NCBI GenBank assembly: GCA_950097015.1
Contig: CATNEN010000038.1
Span: forward strand, 8,122,001 to 8,186,000
DNA from: Macrostomum hystrix
Taxonomy: Eukaryota; Animalia; Platyhelminthes
Reading direction: 5' to 3'
DNA: 64,000 nt
The notes below the pieces were generated by a model. The model worked only from the letters and a program-made list of their open reading frames with translations. It made no database searches and was not told where the DNA came from. A program made the position numbers and the translations under genes. The stretch's first letter is position 1, and each line of letters opens with the position of its first letter. Shown here in pieces: positions 34,501-47,397 of this stretch.

Positions 34501-37500
34501 TATTTCTCTGGTGTCCTTGAAAGTGCTAAAAGAAATAAATGTTGTTTTTGGTGACAAGTGTGTAAAACACTTGTGAAACATAGTATAAAACACTATGTAT
34601 TTATGTATTTTAGGTATAGTTACTATATTACAGGTTCTTTTTGTAGAAAAAATAATTTCTTAGTATTTTATTAGTCTAATTCTCTTTTCTTTGCATTAAT
34701 TTCTGTTAGCCGGCGACTGGCTGCAGGGACCCTATGTGTACGCGCTGTACGAGCACTATAACCTGTCCAAGCGGGACATCGAGTTCCTCTTTGTTGCCGG
34801 CTTCGGCGCCAGCATGCTGTTTGGCACAGTTGTCGGCTCCTTCGCCGACAAGTTTGGTCGGCGTCGCAATTGCATAATCTATGGCATCATCTACGGCCTG
34901 TCCTGCCTGACCAAGCACTCCAGCAATTTCTGGGTGCTGCTGCTGGGCCGTCTGCTCGGCGGCACTGCCACGAGCATCCTGTGGAGCGGTTTCGAGACCT
35001 GGCTAATCCACGAACATCACAGCCGCGGCTACAGCGACCGCCTGCTAGAGGAGATCCTGAGCTGGGCCACCATCGGCAATAGCATCGTGGCCATCACCTG
35101 CGGCATTGTAGCCCAGTACGCTGTGGACGCATTCGGCTATGTTGCTCCATTCGACCTGGCCCTGCTAATCCTGGCCGTCATGACCGCCATTGTGTGGTAC
35201 AAATGGCCAGAGAACTACGGCGACGCCGGCGCCGACGTCAAAAAGAGCTTCGTGGACGCCTGGAAGACTGTCCGCACGGATCGTCGTGTCCTGGGCCTGG
35301 GCATTGTGCAGTCTCTGTTCGAGGGCAGCATGTACTGCTTTGTGCTCGAGTGGACACCAGCTCTGACACCCACTGCTCCTGGTTTGTGCTCATGCTCAGC
35401 TGCCTTAATTGAATTTTGCCTTCACCAGATCCTCAATCTAGACTGTCGAATTCTCCACCAGATCCTCAATCTAGACTGTCGAATTCTCCACCGGATCCTC
35501 AATCTAGACTGTCACATTACCCACCAGATCCTCAACCTAGACTGTCACATTCCCCACCAGATCCTCAATTTAGACTGTCACATTCCCCACCGGATCCTCA
35601 ACCTAGACTGCCACATCCTGAAATCCCAAACTCTCTTAGCAAAGTGCATAATTAGCTTCCATTATAACCCTCCCCCAGCCAAGCTGAGCAGCGGTCACGC
35701 CGGCAAGATTCCCCACGGCTACATTTTTGCCGCCTACATGGTGAGCCTGATGATTGGCGGCCAGCTATTCTCATTCTGCTGCAACCGGGCCCGCCCCGAG
35801 TCCTTCATGCGCTGGGTGTTCGGCGTGAGCTCCTTGTGCCTGATGCAGCCCGCTCTGCTGCGCAGCGACTCGCTCATTCCCGTCACCTTCATCGGCTTTC
35901 TGGTGTTCGAGTGCTGCGTTGGATTGTTTTGGCCCGCCATCGGAACCATGCGCAGCAAATACGTGCCAGATTCCAGTGAGACTTCTATTCCCGTTCAAGA
36001 TTAGTCTGTGAATGCCCATTGGTTGGTCTGTGAATATCTTCTGTCTCTGATGGGTCTGTGAATGCCTTCTGATGGGTCTGTGAATGCCTTCTGATTCGTC
36101 TGTGAATGCCTCGTGATTCGTCTGTGAATGCCTGTTGATTGGTCTGTGAATGTCTTTTGATTGGTCTGTGAATGTCTTTTGATTGGTCTGTGAATGTCTC
36201 TTGATTGGTCTGTGAATGTCTTCTGATTGGTCTGTGAATACCCATTGATTTGTCTGTGAATGTCTTTTGATTGGTCTGTGAATGTCTGTTGATTGGTCTG
36301 TGAATACCCATTGATTTGTCTGTGAATGCCTATCGATTGATCTGAAAAATGATTTGTTTTTAGTCTGAATATGGTCTAGATAAATCGAGCGAGTTTACAG
36401 TCTTTTGTTTTCATGGAATTGCAGTTCGCGCTACCATCATGAACCTGTTCCGCATCCCGCTGAACCTGGTTGTGGTGATTATCCTGACTCAGAACTTTCC
36501 TATTGTGTTCATCTTCAAGTGCTGCGTCCTGTTCCTCGTGATCTGCAGCGCCATCCAGTTCTATTTGGAGCGGTGAGTTGCGGAATAATTATTTTCGTCA
36601 TTCTCTACCTATCTTGTTAGTCTCTGGTTAGCTGCTATCAACTAGAATTAAGCTAAGCCGAATGAAGTACAATGCAGTGTTTTTGCTAAATCATGATTTA
36701 AATAGTTCAGTCTAATGAGAAATTAATGGAACTATTTACAATGACAATTCAGCTGTGCTCAAACTAAACTCACGGCTTCCGCCCAATTGCCTAGGGGCGG
36801 CCCCACCCCCTCCCCGAGGAACTTAGTGAGGAAGAGCAAGTAAATGTGACAGCTGTGCAATGGCTGAGCTGGGGCAGTAATCCTGTACCAAATCCAACCG
36901 ACTTGAGCATTGCTTGCGCGTGTTAGTTGATCCCGCACACTGGCTTACCCGAATCCATGATTTCCTGATCACCGATGCCCGCACACTGGCTTACCCGAAT
37001 CCATGATTTCCTGATCACCGATGCCCGCACACTGGCTTACCCGAATCCATGATTTCCTGATCACCGATGCCCGCACACTGGCTTACCCTAATCCATGATT
37101 TCCTGATCACCGATGCCCGCACACTGGCTTACCCAAATCCATGATTTCCTGATCACCGATGCCCGCACACTGGCTTACCCTAATCCATGATTTCCTGATG
37201 ACCGATGCCCGCACACTGGCTTACCCAAATCCATGATTTCCTGATGACCGATGCCCGCACACTGGCTTACCCGAATCCATGATTTCCTGATCACCGATGC
37301 CCGCACACTGGCTTACCCGAATCCATGATTTCCTGATCAGCGATGCCCTCACACTGGCTTACCCGAATCCATGATTTCCTGATCAGCGATGCCCTCACAC
37401 TGGCTTACCCGAATCCATGATTTCCTGATCACCGATGCCCGCACACTGGCTTACCCGAATCCATGATTTCCTGATCACCGATGCCCGCACACTGGCTTAC

Positions 37501-38108
37501 CCGAATCCATGATTTCCTGATCACCGATGCCCGCACACTGGCTTACCCGAATCCATGATTTCCTGATCACCGATGCCCGCACACTGGCTTACCCGAATCC
37601 ATGATTTCCTGATCAGCGATGCCCTCACACTGGCTTACCCTAATCCATGATTTCCTGATCACCGATGCCCGCACACTGGCTTACCCGAATCCATGATTTC
37701 CTGATCAGCGATGCCCGCACACTGGCTTACCCGAATCCATGATTTCCTGATCACCGATGCCCGCACACTGGCTTACCCGAATCCATGATTTCCTGATCAC
37801 CGATGCCCGCACACTGGCTTACCCGAATCCATGATTTCCTGATCACCGATGCCCGCACACTGGCTTACCCGAATCCATGATTTCCTGATCACCGATGCCC
37901 GCACACTGGCTTACCCGAATCCATGATTTCCTGATCACCGATGCCCGCACACTGGCTTACCCGAATCCATGATTTCCTGATCACCGATGCCCGCAGCGTC
38001 ACTCGCGACGAAGTCGGCAGTGCTGGACTGGAGGCAGGCAACTCTGCCAAGCAGCCGCAGCAAGAAAAATCGATCGATGATAGCCAGGAGTTCCAAGGCA
38101 TTGCTTGA
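31573..38108 (+). CDS. MFSD5: Molybdate-anion transporter (MFS); exons 31573-31729, 34710-35381, 35679-35975, 36425-36572, 37997-38108
   Basis: Signatures AGDWLQGPYVYALY, ADKFGRR, GRLLGGTATSILWSGFETWL, QSLFEGSMYCFVLEWTP, RATIMNLFRIPLN; all junctions GT-AG and in phase. Confidence 0.93.
31879..32094. mobile_element. Palindromic MITE with flanking direct repeat tcttta
   Basis: Near-perfect inverted arms gcttattcccacggtcccgtgccgataatttcaattttatccacacggatccgtg / cacggatccgtgtggataaaattgaaattatcggcacgggaccgtgggaataagc. Confidence 0.8.
32413..32802. mobile_element. MITE with GGCAATAG... TIRs and 8-bp TSD aaaaatct (Merlin-like)
   Basis: TIR ggcaatagtgcactttc... / ...gaaagtgcactattgcc; aaaaatct at 32405-32412 and 32803-32810. 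Confidence 0.8.
33112..33751. mobile_element. MITE with TIR gggtaatgtatcatcaa and TA TSD (Tc1/mariner/pogo-like)
   Basis: ta|gggtaatgtatcatcaa ... ttgatgatacattaccc|ta, plus internal inverted subrepeats. Confidence 0.7.
35423..35617. repeat. 33-bp minisatellite (~6 units) in MFSD5 intron 2
   Basis: caccagatcctcaatctagactgtcgaattctc units. Confidence 0.9.
36003..36330. repeat. 22-bp minisatellite (gattggtctgtgaatgtctttt-like) in MFSD5 intron 3
   Basis: Directly visible tandem array. Confidence 0.9.
36932..37995. repeat. 46-bp minisatellite (~23 units) ending at the MFSD5 last-exon acceptor
   Basis: Unit cccgcacactggcttacccgaatccatgatttcctgatcaccgatg. Confidence 0.97.
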
Positions 38109-39341
38109 GTTTGTTTTTAAGCAGCCTTTATATTAGAAGGCCCATGCCGGCCATGATATCATGTCAGTGCCACACCTATAACTATTTAACTTGTTCACTA
38201 CTTTTTGCTACGTAATCGTCATTAGTTTATGCGCAACATGTTTATTAACACTTTTGAAACCAGATGTACTCAAAGCAAGCTAAGCAGACAATTCATTAAC
38301 AGTTTTATATAGATAAGCTTGTCTATCGGATATTTGCTCTCCGTGCAAAACCAAACCGCACTGGGTGTCTGCACCTACTAGCCATATTGTGATCTAGGCA
38401 TTCCACTTTCCTTCTGCGATCAGTTTTTTTATTTTTCTATCCAAACTAACCAAAAAAGAGCAGAACAGTTTCCAACCCACAGCTCTTTGTATATGATATC
38501 TTCGAAAACTATTTCAACTATTTGTGCCTTGCTCTCCGTTTGATCAATGCGATTGATCCTTGTGTTTTTTTAGTGTTTTATTAATATGTATTTTTTTATC
38601 TTATTATTTTCACACACAAGTAATTGTAGCTAGTTTTTGCTATCTTTTTTCTTTGCTTCATTTTCTACTAGTTTTAATTGGCCTAATAGTGTATCCGTCA
38701 GTACTGAAGCTTGTTTACTACTGGTTAAATGTTTTGAGCTGCTTAAAAAGCGCTCGTTTTTCTCTTATTTCTACTTTCAGTAGGCTGTCGAGGGTGTTGT
38801 TTAATTCACGGTAGATAATAATTCAGGATCAATCAGCCTACGGTGAAAGTTTTCATGTAATACGGCACACTGATAAAGCACTTGTGTTGCTTTGGTTCGT
38901 TGTGTTTTGGTTCCCAAAATACAAAACTCTAGCACTGTATGTGCGTCATACTTTCTTAGCAAACTTTCTTCTTCTCTGCTGACAGATTGTCAATTTTATC
39001 ACTAAACTTGCTGTTAATGTTCTTTATTAAACACTCTGGTTTACTGACAAAAATCTGGCAAGGGTAAGATTATTGAGGCTTTGACAAAATTATTTTATCA
39101 AATAAAATGTGTGCCGACCCTATTACTAAACGATAAAGCCTAAAGTGGCGCAATTTTCGACATTTTTCTGTTTTAAATAATTTTACATTAAATAACCAAT
39201 CGGCAACCGCGGGCCCTAATAGGCACTAATTGTAAGATGAAATACGGAAACGGAAATGTTTCGCTTCCGTCTGAACCATTTTCATCAGGAATTTAGAAGC
39301 AACTTAAAGAAATAGTTTTTTAAGACTGTCCTGTGGGCTTG

Positions 39342-40388
39342 CAATCAATTCTGTAGCGACTCTAGAGACTGTTCCTTCACAATCAATTCCGTAGCGACTC
39401 TAGAGACTCTGTACCTTCACAATCAATTCCGTAGCGACTCTAGAGACTCTGTTCCTTCACAATCAATTCCGTAGCGACTCTAGAGACTCTGTACCTTCAC
39501 AATCAATTCCGTAGCGACTCTAGAGACTCTGTTCCTTCACAATCAATTCCGTAGCGACTCTAGAGACTCTGTACCTTCACAATCAATTCCGTAGCGACTC
39601 TAGAGACTCAGTTCCTTCACAATCAATTCCGTAGCGACTCTAGAGACTCTGTACCTTCACAATCAATTCCGTAGCGACTCTAGAGACTCTGTTCCTTCAC
39701 AATCAATTCTGTAGCGACTCTAGAGACTCTGTTCCTTCACAATCAATTCCGTAGCGACTCTAGAGACTCTGTACCTTCACAATCAATTCCTTAGCGACTC
39801 TAGAGACTCTGTTCCTTCACAATCAATTCCGTAGCGACTCTAGAGACTCTGTTCCTTCACAATCAATTCCGTAGCGACTCTAGAGACTCAGTTCCTTCAC
39901 AATCAATTCCGTAGCGACTCTAGAGACTCTGTACCTTCACAATCAATTCCGTAGCGACTCTAGAGACTCTGTTCCTTCACAATCAATTCCGTAGCGACTC
40001 TAGAGACTCTGTTCCTTCACAATCAATTCCGTAGCGACTCTAGAGACTCTGTTCCTTCACAATCAATTCCGTAGCGACTCTAGAGACTCTGTTCCTTCAC
40101 AATCAATTCCGTAGCGACTCTAGAGACTCTGTTCCTTCACAATCAATTCCGTAGCGACTCTAGAGACTCTGTCCCTTCACAATCAATTCCGTAGCGACTC
40201 TAGAGACTCTGTTCCTTCACAATCAATTCTGTAGCGACTCTATAGACTCTGTTCCTTCACAATCAATTCCGTAGCGACTCTAGAGACTCTGTTCCTTCAC
40301 AATCAATTCTGTAGCGACTCTAGAGCCTCTGTCCCTTCACAATCAATTCCGTAGCGACTCTAGAGACTCTGTACCTTCACAATCAATT
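39342..40388. repeat. 40-bp minisatellite (aatcaattccgtagcgactctagagactctgttccttcac), ~26 units
   Basis: Directly visible tandem array just upstream of the Schlafen-like coding exon. Confidence 0.97.
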
Positions 40389-40514
40389 ATTATCTGTTAT
40401 CGATAATTCGATAGTTTTTATAAGAAATTATTTACCTACTCTCCACCCATTTCAGTTTTTTCTAGTCTCGCAGTAGAGCAAGTCCGCTTGCCTCGCTACA
40501 AATTGAAGGTTGTC

Positions 40515-42086
40515 ATGCAGGTTTCGGGGAAACGCATTTGCGACAGAGCCTATGACGATACACTCGATGCTGTTGTCAGCTCTGTGCCGCAGAGCACGGT
40601 GTCGTTAATTGTGAAGGAGAACTGCTTCTACTACCCGATGGGCAGCACACTGGACTGCTCGGAGGATAATCGCTACGAGTTCAAGGGCTATTTCGCTCTC
40701 ACCTGGGGAGACATCATCAGAGGTAATCAGCAAACAACGGTGAATAACCTGCCGCACAGTCGAGACTTGCCTCGCAACATTTTGACCCCGGACTTCACCG
40801 GCAAGAAGCCAATTAGCCGCTCCCTGTGCGCGATGGCCAACTCGCCCGATGGCGGCGTCGTACTCTGCGGCGTGACGGACGCCGGCCGGGTCGGCGGCCT
40901 GCCTTTCTCCGTTCAGGAAAAGGAGCACATCATGCTGGCAGTAGGAGACCTCTTTTCCAGGTTTAGTCCGCCAATCGGAGTAGACCGCTATCGAGTCAAC
41001 TTTGTACCAGTGCTAAAGCCCAATGAAATCGACGAATACATTCAATGCCAAGCTAGTGGCGCTGGATCGGATGCGTTTGCAGAATTTTCTCCTGATTCTT
41101 TGCCATACTTGGCGTCTCGGGACACTGCTGAATACCTTTCAGGAGGCTCAGACTGCTCCTCCAACTTGCCGACTGTGGAAGGCCAGGCTTCTGATTCAAC
41201 ATTATCACCAACCAGCCTGAATTTTTCCAATGTAATGGATACAAATTTACTGCTAACGGAAAAAGAAAATTCTAAATGTTCCGATTCGCAGTCTAATTGT
41301 ATGCCAACTAAGCTTCTGCTCAATGATGAAGCTGATGGCTCGCTTGCCTGCATGCAGCCACTACCCAAGTTTGACAACGAATTGCTGAATCAGCGCCTAC
41401 TGCTTACTGCTGACGATGGCGAGCCAGACTTGCCTGTGGAATCAGGGGAAGAGGTGTCGAGGCTGCTGACGGTCGATGACGGCTCGGGCCCGAAAGTTCA
41501 CATCGGCGACGCCGTTCGCGACTCGCCTTCTTGCGAGTCCGGATCTTCGTCCACTTCTTCATCCTCCTCTTCCGACTTGCCAAATAACGGCGGCCCTCTG
41601 AAGCATAACTTGTGTTGTTATCTGAACTGCTGGTGCCTTCAACAGCGGTTGGATAGGTTCACAGAGGGGATAGCAACTAGGCGCTACGTATTGCGCATTG
41701 AGATGCTGCCGCAGGCCTATTGCCGCATTAGTTTTACTCGGTCTGCCCTTTCTAGCGGAGGTACCAGTGCCGCGGATGACACCGAGGCAGATAGGCATGA
41801 CGAGGTCGACACTGAAGACGATGACGCATCGGATTGCACTATCGGGGAGGAGGACGAGTTCTTGGCTAGCGAGCCGCTGGCTCTTAGCATGCCGGTGTTT
41901 GTAGAAGACGAGGAAAAAGAGTGCCGAGTGCGCAGCCTGGGCGCCAACCGCTGCCTGTCCCTGCTGCAGGCACAGCAGCTGGCCGAGTCTCGCGCCATGG
42001 CCGCACTCGACGACGAGCTGGTTGAGGTCAGACGGAATTTAAAGGAGCTGCGCCTGCTGCGAGACCAGCTGATTGATAGTATCTGA
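40515..42086 (+). CDS. Schlafen AlbA_2-domain protein (invertebrate SLFN-like) with C-terminal coiled coil
   Basis: Motifs SEDNRYEFKG, SLCAMANSPDGGVVLCGVTDAGRVGG, YRVNFVPV, YVLRIEM, DEEKECRVR; single long exon after polypyrimidine/AG acceptors. Start codon is uncertain. Confidence 0.8.
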   Translation: MQVSGKRICDRAYDDTLDAVVSSVPQSTVSLIVKENCFYYPMGSTLDCSEDNRYEFKGYFALTWGDIIRGNQQTTVNNLPHSRDLPRNILTPDFTGKKPISRSLCAMANSPDGGVVLCGVTDAGRVGGLPFSVQEKEHIMLAVGDLFSRFSPPIGVDRYRVNFVPVLKPNEIDEYIQCQASGAGSDAFAEFSPDSLPYLASRDTAEYLSGGSDCSSNLPTVEGQASDSTLSPTSLNFSNVMDTNLLLTEKENSKCSDSQSNCMPTKLLLNDEADGSLACMQPLPKFDNELLNQRLLLTADDGEPDLPVESGEEVSRLLTVDDGSGPKVHIGDAVRDSPSCESGSSSTSSSSSSDLPNNGGPLKHNLCCYLNCWCLQQRLDRFTEGIATRRYVLRIEMLPQAYCRISFTRSALSSGGTSAADDTEADRHDEVDTEDDDASDCTIGEEDEFLASEPLALSMPVFVEDEEKECRVRSLGANRCLSLLQAQQLAESRAMAALDDELVEVRRNLKELRLLRDQLIDSI

Positions 42087-44504
42087 ATGCGTTGCTTCTG
42101 TCAAGTGTCTCGACAATTAGCAAATGCATCGGCCTAGAACTTTTATCTTCAATAATTTTTGTATTGATAGTTATGGTGATTAATAATACCGATTTAAAAA
42201 TGTACGTTCTCTGTTATTTTCTTGTTGCTATATATCATTATCTCACTTTAATTTTGTGGCTCTAGTCCGCATTATGTTTTGCTTTTTTATCCGCACTTGT
42301 TCAACGCTTTTGCTGTTGAATCTTTTGTTTCAAGACGTATTGATTGTTGCATAAATTTCTCGGCGCTGACGCCTCATACTTTTTTACTGCTACAGCTGCA
42401 TTTTGAAGGCTACATCAAAACATTGAAGCTACATTTACGAGTACATGGATGAGACTATCATTGGAATCTCATGAGTTGGAAGACCACACTATTTTTCACC
42501 TTGGGGACAGACCACGCGGAGAAATACCCGCAACCTTCAACCCGCAACTTCACGATAACTCCCAAGCTGAATGACCGACCTAAAGTACACCACAGGGATC
42601 ATAATTTTCGATGAAATCCTTCTAACGTCAGCATCGTCGAGATATTTAACGATTCTTGTCGAAGACCCTGGTGACGGGGACAACTGACGTTCAATGATAC
42701 AATCATTAACAATATGATCAACAATAAATAGCGACATGGTTACTTTATGTCGTTATGAGATTTTGTGAGCCGAAAAAATATTCCCTATACTGATGTTCCT
42801 TTCTACTATAGACACCCCGTCCAGAATCTTTGAATATTATATCTCGACGATTCCGATGTCTTGTTATTCTAGAATTTGTTTCATCGGAAAGAGCGGAAAG
42901 TGTTAGCCCGTTTTCTGGATCTGCATGGCTCTGCATCTGATTGAATATTTTTGGGGATGCAGATAAAATTCAGTTACAGTTGGTTATTTGAAATGTCCCC
43001 GTGGTCTTCTTACTGTTAGTTTAGTTTAGTTTAGTTTTTATGCCTGCCTTTCATTAGATCATTACTACTGGAGTTTCTAAGAGTTCTTATCAAGGCAGCC
43101 CTACTGTTAATGCATTACTGTTTGCATGCTTTTTATGTCTTGAAATTTCTGAAAGCATCTTCTAGTGGTTGGTCACTGAAGCTCTCTATTAGTATATAGT
43201 TCAGTTTTATATGCCTTGTCTGTGTATTTTAAGGTTCTCGTGAGAATTATTATTCAATTTGAAAAAAATTACTTTTAAGCAGTCCGAGCATATTTTTCAA
43301 GGATTTAATTAAACTGTCTCTCAAATTATTTGCGTACTGTGCTATTGTGTGGGCCAGCCAGCCAGACATACTGTGTGCGAGAGCTCAAAACAGTGAGTGC
43401 ATATTTTGCACCTCTTCTGAATCGTATGTGCATCTTCTTTCGTATTTTGGCAGGTACTTAAGAGATGTGGAGGGGTTAAATATAGCAAAAACTACAGTCC
43501 TTTCTTATTCTGTGAGAGCCTGTCTTGTGGAATTCCAGGCACTTGACCATCCGAAGATCTGGACTTGGAGTGGCCTGGATTTGGTCCCGTGATTCCCAGA
43601 CAGGCTACTGAAGTCTAGAACGGTGATAGGACAGAAGCCAAGAAAATGATGGCTGAAATTTCCGCCTACCGGAGTAAAATGTGCGAGTATTCACGGTCAA
43701 TTGGAGTAACACTCAGTTACTTCCTGCAGTTTTGCAGCTGACAGTTACAATTGGAAATTATCAAACAAGTTTGATTACTTTGTATCAAGCGATAAAATGC
43801 TAATCAAAACCAGATTTGACAGGCACCAAGTCTGCCTTTGACATCCGAGATTTCTAAATGCCAAAGGTTCAAGTGCGAACCTGTTTTTAGCATTGTACGA
43901 ATATATTGTACGCATGGACCAGTTAGCAAGCTTCTCTTTCTTGCTTAGCAAGCTAGACCAGTATTTTCTATATTCCGTCCGTCTAAAAACGTACATTTTT
44001 GTTCCTTGTGTAAATGTACGCCGGCAAGTTTTCTTAAGCATTGAAGCTTAGAATCTGTTAAGAAAAAAATATTTTTTAGCATCCAGCATCCTCATTGCAA
44101 TCTCTATTAATAATGCCTCAAATACAGCATCAAGGACTTTTAGTAGTCCTAGTATAGCATCATCGCATTAACTTCTAATCCCTGAAGCAAATTGCTGCGG
44201 TTTTTTATTTAAAGCTGTAGAAACTGTTCGTGTTATCTTCTGCAGTCAGCTACGAGTATCATAGTGAATGTAAGTATACATTTTTGCATAGTAAAACAAG
44301 TCCTTGGCTGCGTTGTGAATTAATAAAAGTGTTTCCTTAATGGTGCTTGCATGTCTTCTTGCCAGACCGACTAAAGTGTACTTTTTAATTATCATTTAAG
44401 TTCATGTAAAATCCCATATTAATTATTGAGCATTATCAATAGAAACGCTTTCAGGAAGGCTGTGGGTGGGCATTAGGCGACAGTCGGCAGCAGTTCTGCG
44501 AGAA

Positions 44505-44725
44505 GGGCAATTCTGCCCATTCCGCTGACTCCTGAGCACGTCCTCAATGATACCTTACGAAGGCTCACACGCACATTTAAATTTCTCAGGCAGTGTACAC
44601 TCTCACTGTGCCTTGGAGATTGGCCCACAAGAGCTTTAAAATTGTAATCCTGGCTGCGCCCCAAATTAGTTCAACGTGGCCGTGGATTGAGCTCACGATC
44701 CCATGGTTCGAGAGGCAAACGCGTT
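44505..44725 (-). mobile_element. SINE family B copy (degenerate)
   Basis: ggcaattctgcccatt..ctgactcctgagcac and gagaggcaaacgcg match the family. Confidence 0.65.
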
Positions 44726-46695
44726 AACTTCTTTGCCGCTCACCCCATTTTATAGGTTTTTCTGTTTTTTTTAAATCTGGCTGTTTAAAGGGAGATTTCT
44801 TGCCTACCAGAGAGTTTAAATCATATCTACATGTAAAAATGTCGAATGAGTGCATAAGAAAACATTTATTTCGCATAGTGCACATCATTTTTGCGCTTAT
44901 CTGTGCCAAAAAAAGTTTTCTCAACCTTTTCTTAGCCATCACAGCTAGACCAGATGGAGCGTCACCATTTGACAGTTTTATGGCCCCATTTTCCAGACCA
45001 AATACAGACCCGTAATAAATAAAAATGTAGTTTCACGGAATCTCTGAATTCTCTATTTGCTTGTTAAGCGCTGTGCTGAGAGGTATGGCACGTCTAATTA
45101 GGAAGATAATAACTTCACTCGGTTAATACAACTCTGAAAGAGTAAGGCTTCAAATGCCTACCCGCTTGCTTGTACTTTTACAATATAAAAGAACGACATA
45201 AACAAAGTATCAAATAGCTTGACGGGTTTGGGATAGACATGGAACTTCTCCAGCCAATCAGGGCGCACCACATGTGCTTTCTCTAAAGGGCGGCATGCAA
45301 TCCACAAAAATCACCGAAAAATAAATAGCAAGTTTTTTAATGCTCCAATCGAATTTAGAAAAGTGTGCCTGGTTTCTGCTTCTTGATTGTATTTAACAGA
45401 GCTCTTTGCTTTAATTATCAGAAAACTAATAAAATGAAAACTAACCAGATAAAAAATTCATCATTCTAATTTCATTATATCAAATGAACGTTTATATTGG
45501 TTAAACATAATTATATATTGGTTATTGATACATATTCCTTGACTATGTCACGCGCAAGCATTACCTGGAATATTTCAAACATTGTAGACCCACATAAAGA
45601 GCGGATATACTATACTTACTACTAAGTTTAAGTAGTCCTTCGGTGGCATAAAGTCGTGAAGAATATTAAAAAGGAAAATAACCTTTCGCTGTAACTACGA
45701 GTATAGCTGTGTACAGAAAAGAAGAAAACTAGAGAGATGGGTAGAGAGTGATGTTTTTTAGTGTACTCGTAGTTTCTATTTTGCTTCTACGCTCGGTAAG
45801 AGGTTCAGACACGAAGGTGAACTTCTGTCAGCTTATTCCATGGCGTAGTTGCAGCCGAGTTAAAATATAGTTTTTGCAACTTTTACGGATTCTGCATTTC
45901 ATACTGTCGCTTTTGTGGTTGCCTTCTTGCGGGCCAAAGCTCAGTGCTTCAAGTGGTTTAGTACTGTCGTGTACATGACTTCCTTGCATTTCATCAGTCT
46001 AAAAATTGTGCTTCATACCAATTTATTCGTTAGATTGATATTTAACACCTGGTCGATTCAGTTCACTCAACTGTATAATGGGTATCAGCAGCATCAGGAA
46101 GAGTAAAAATTAAGATGATTGAAGCACCCTGTACATTAGGCTCAACTGGTCTTTGTGTCTATGTGATGCTCAACCGATTAAAGAATGCATAACATTAATT
46201 TCTTACATTTACATACTTGCAATTACATACTTCTATTTGCAAAGTAGAAGTAAGCGAGGCAGTCATTACCTGGAAATCGAGGTCTTGTTTTGTTTGCATT
46301 GGTTCTATAAATGTAGCATCTGGCTCGCATAAATATTATGCTTTTTACAATGAGCAATACAGTCTGAGTAAAACGATGGAACAATAGCTGAAATGTACAT
46401 GTGTAAATAACTCATTTATTATGTATAAAAGGAGGGTTGAGAAACAGGAAGTCTGAAATTTTGTATTTAAGAAATGGTTCTTTTCTATTTGATTTACTAG
46501 TTGTCTTGCCGTCCTACTAGCGTAAGCAGATTTTTCCTTTTGTGAGTCAAATCTTTAAGCATATATCTTTTAGCCTAGATTTTGCAATTTTGTGTGTAAA
46601 ATCCAGTCGCAACTTTTTATAACTTCCCACAGTTTGCACACGCACTGTGCTAATGAACTTCTGATACGGTTTTTTAACTGTTCGTCGGTATTGTA

Positions 46696-46943
46696 GGGTT
46701 TTGTAGCCTATAGATGCTACTCTAGCCTACTCCGACTTGATGGTCGGGGGTTCGATTCTCGACTCTGCGTTGCCTCAGTTAACCCAGCTGTTAAATGGGT
46801 AGCAGCAATAGCTGGGGTAACTGAGGGTGGGTGTGGCGTCCCCCAGTCCATGGACTGAACAGCTAGCCGTACGCAGCTTTCAGATGCTATGGCTGTTTTA
46901 TCGGCTGCACATCTGACCCTATTGGGGTCAGGTGTAATCAATT
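46696..46943 (+). mobile_element. SINE family A copy (internally deleted)
   Basis: ggttcgatt B box, cagctgttaaatgggta, ccagtccatggactgaac, ggtgtaat end. Confidence 0.75.
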
Positions 46944-47397
46944 ATTGTGATTTGTTATATTGTTGTGATTTTAATAGCAATAAGAAACTTTTTCTTATGG
47001 GTGATAATTAAAAGGCTATTTGATTTTCCCTCATTAAAATTGTTGGTATTGGTTATCTTGCGTGTACTCTACTCTGCTATGTCCCAATGTCAGTACACAA
47101 TTACTATTACTATTACTATTATTACTATTTATTTTTATTCTCATTATCGGTAAAGATGTCTCTTTATCATAGCTCTTATATTCCACTAGCCTGCAGTCTC
47201 TTAGCTTTCGTCCTTTAATTTTTTCCTGCTCAAACACTGGCGATAATTAAGTTTAGTCTAAAAACTGTCTCTCGATTTCTGTACATGTATAACTGCGTCA
47301 CAGAAGTTATTTTAAGCAAAATGAGTATTATTTAAAAAAACTGGCGGGTTTTTCTTACATTTCTTTCATTTCTTTCGTCTCTCTTTTAGTGGAGAAA

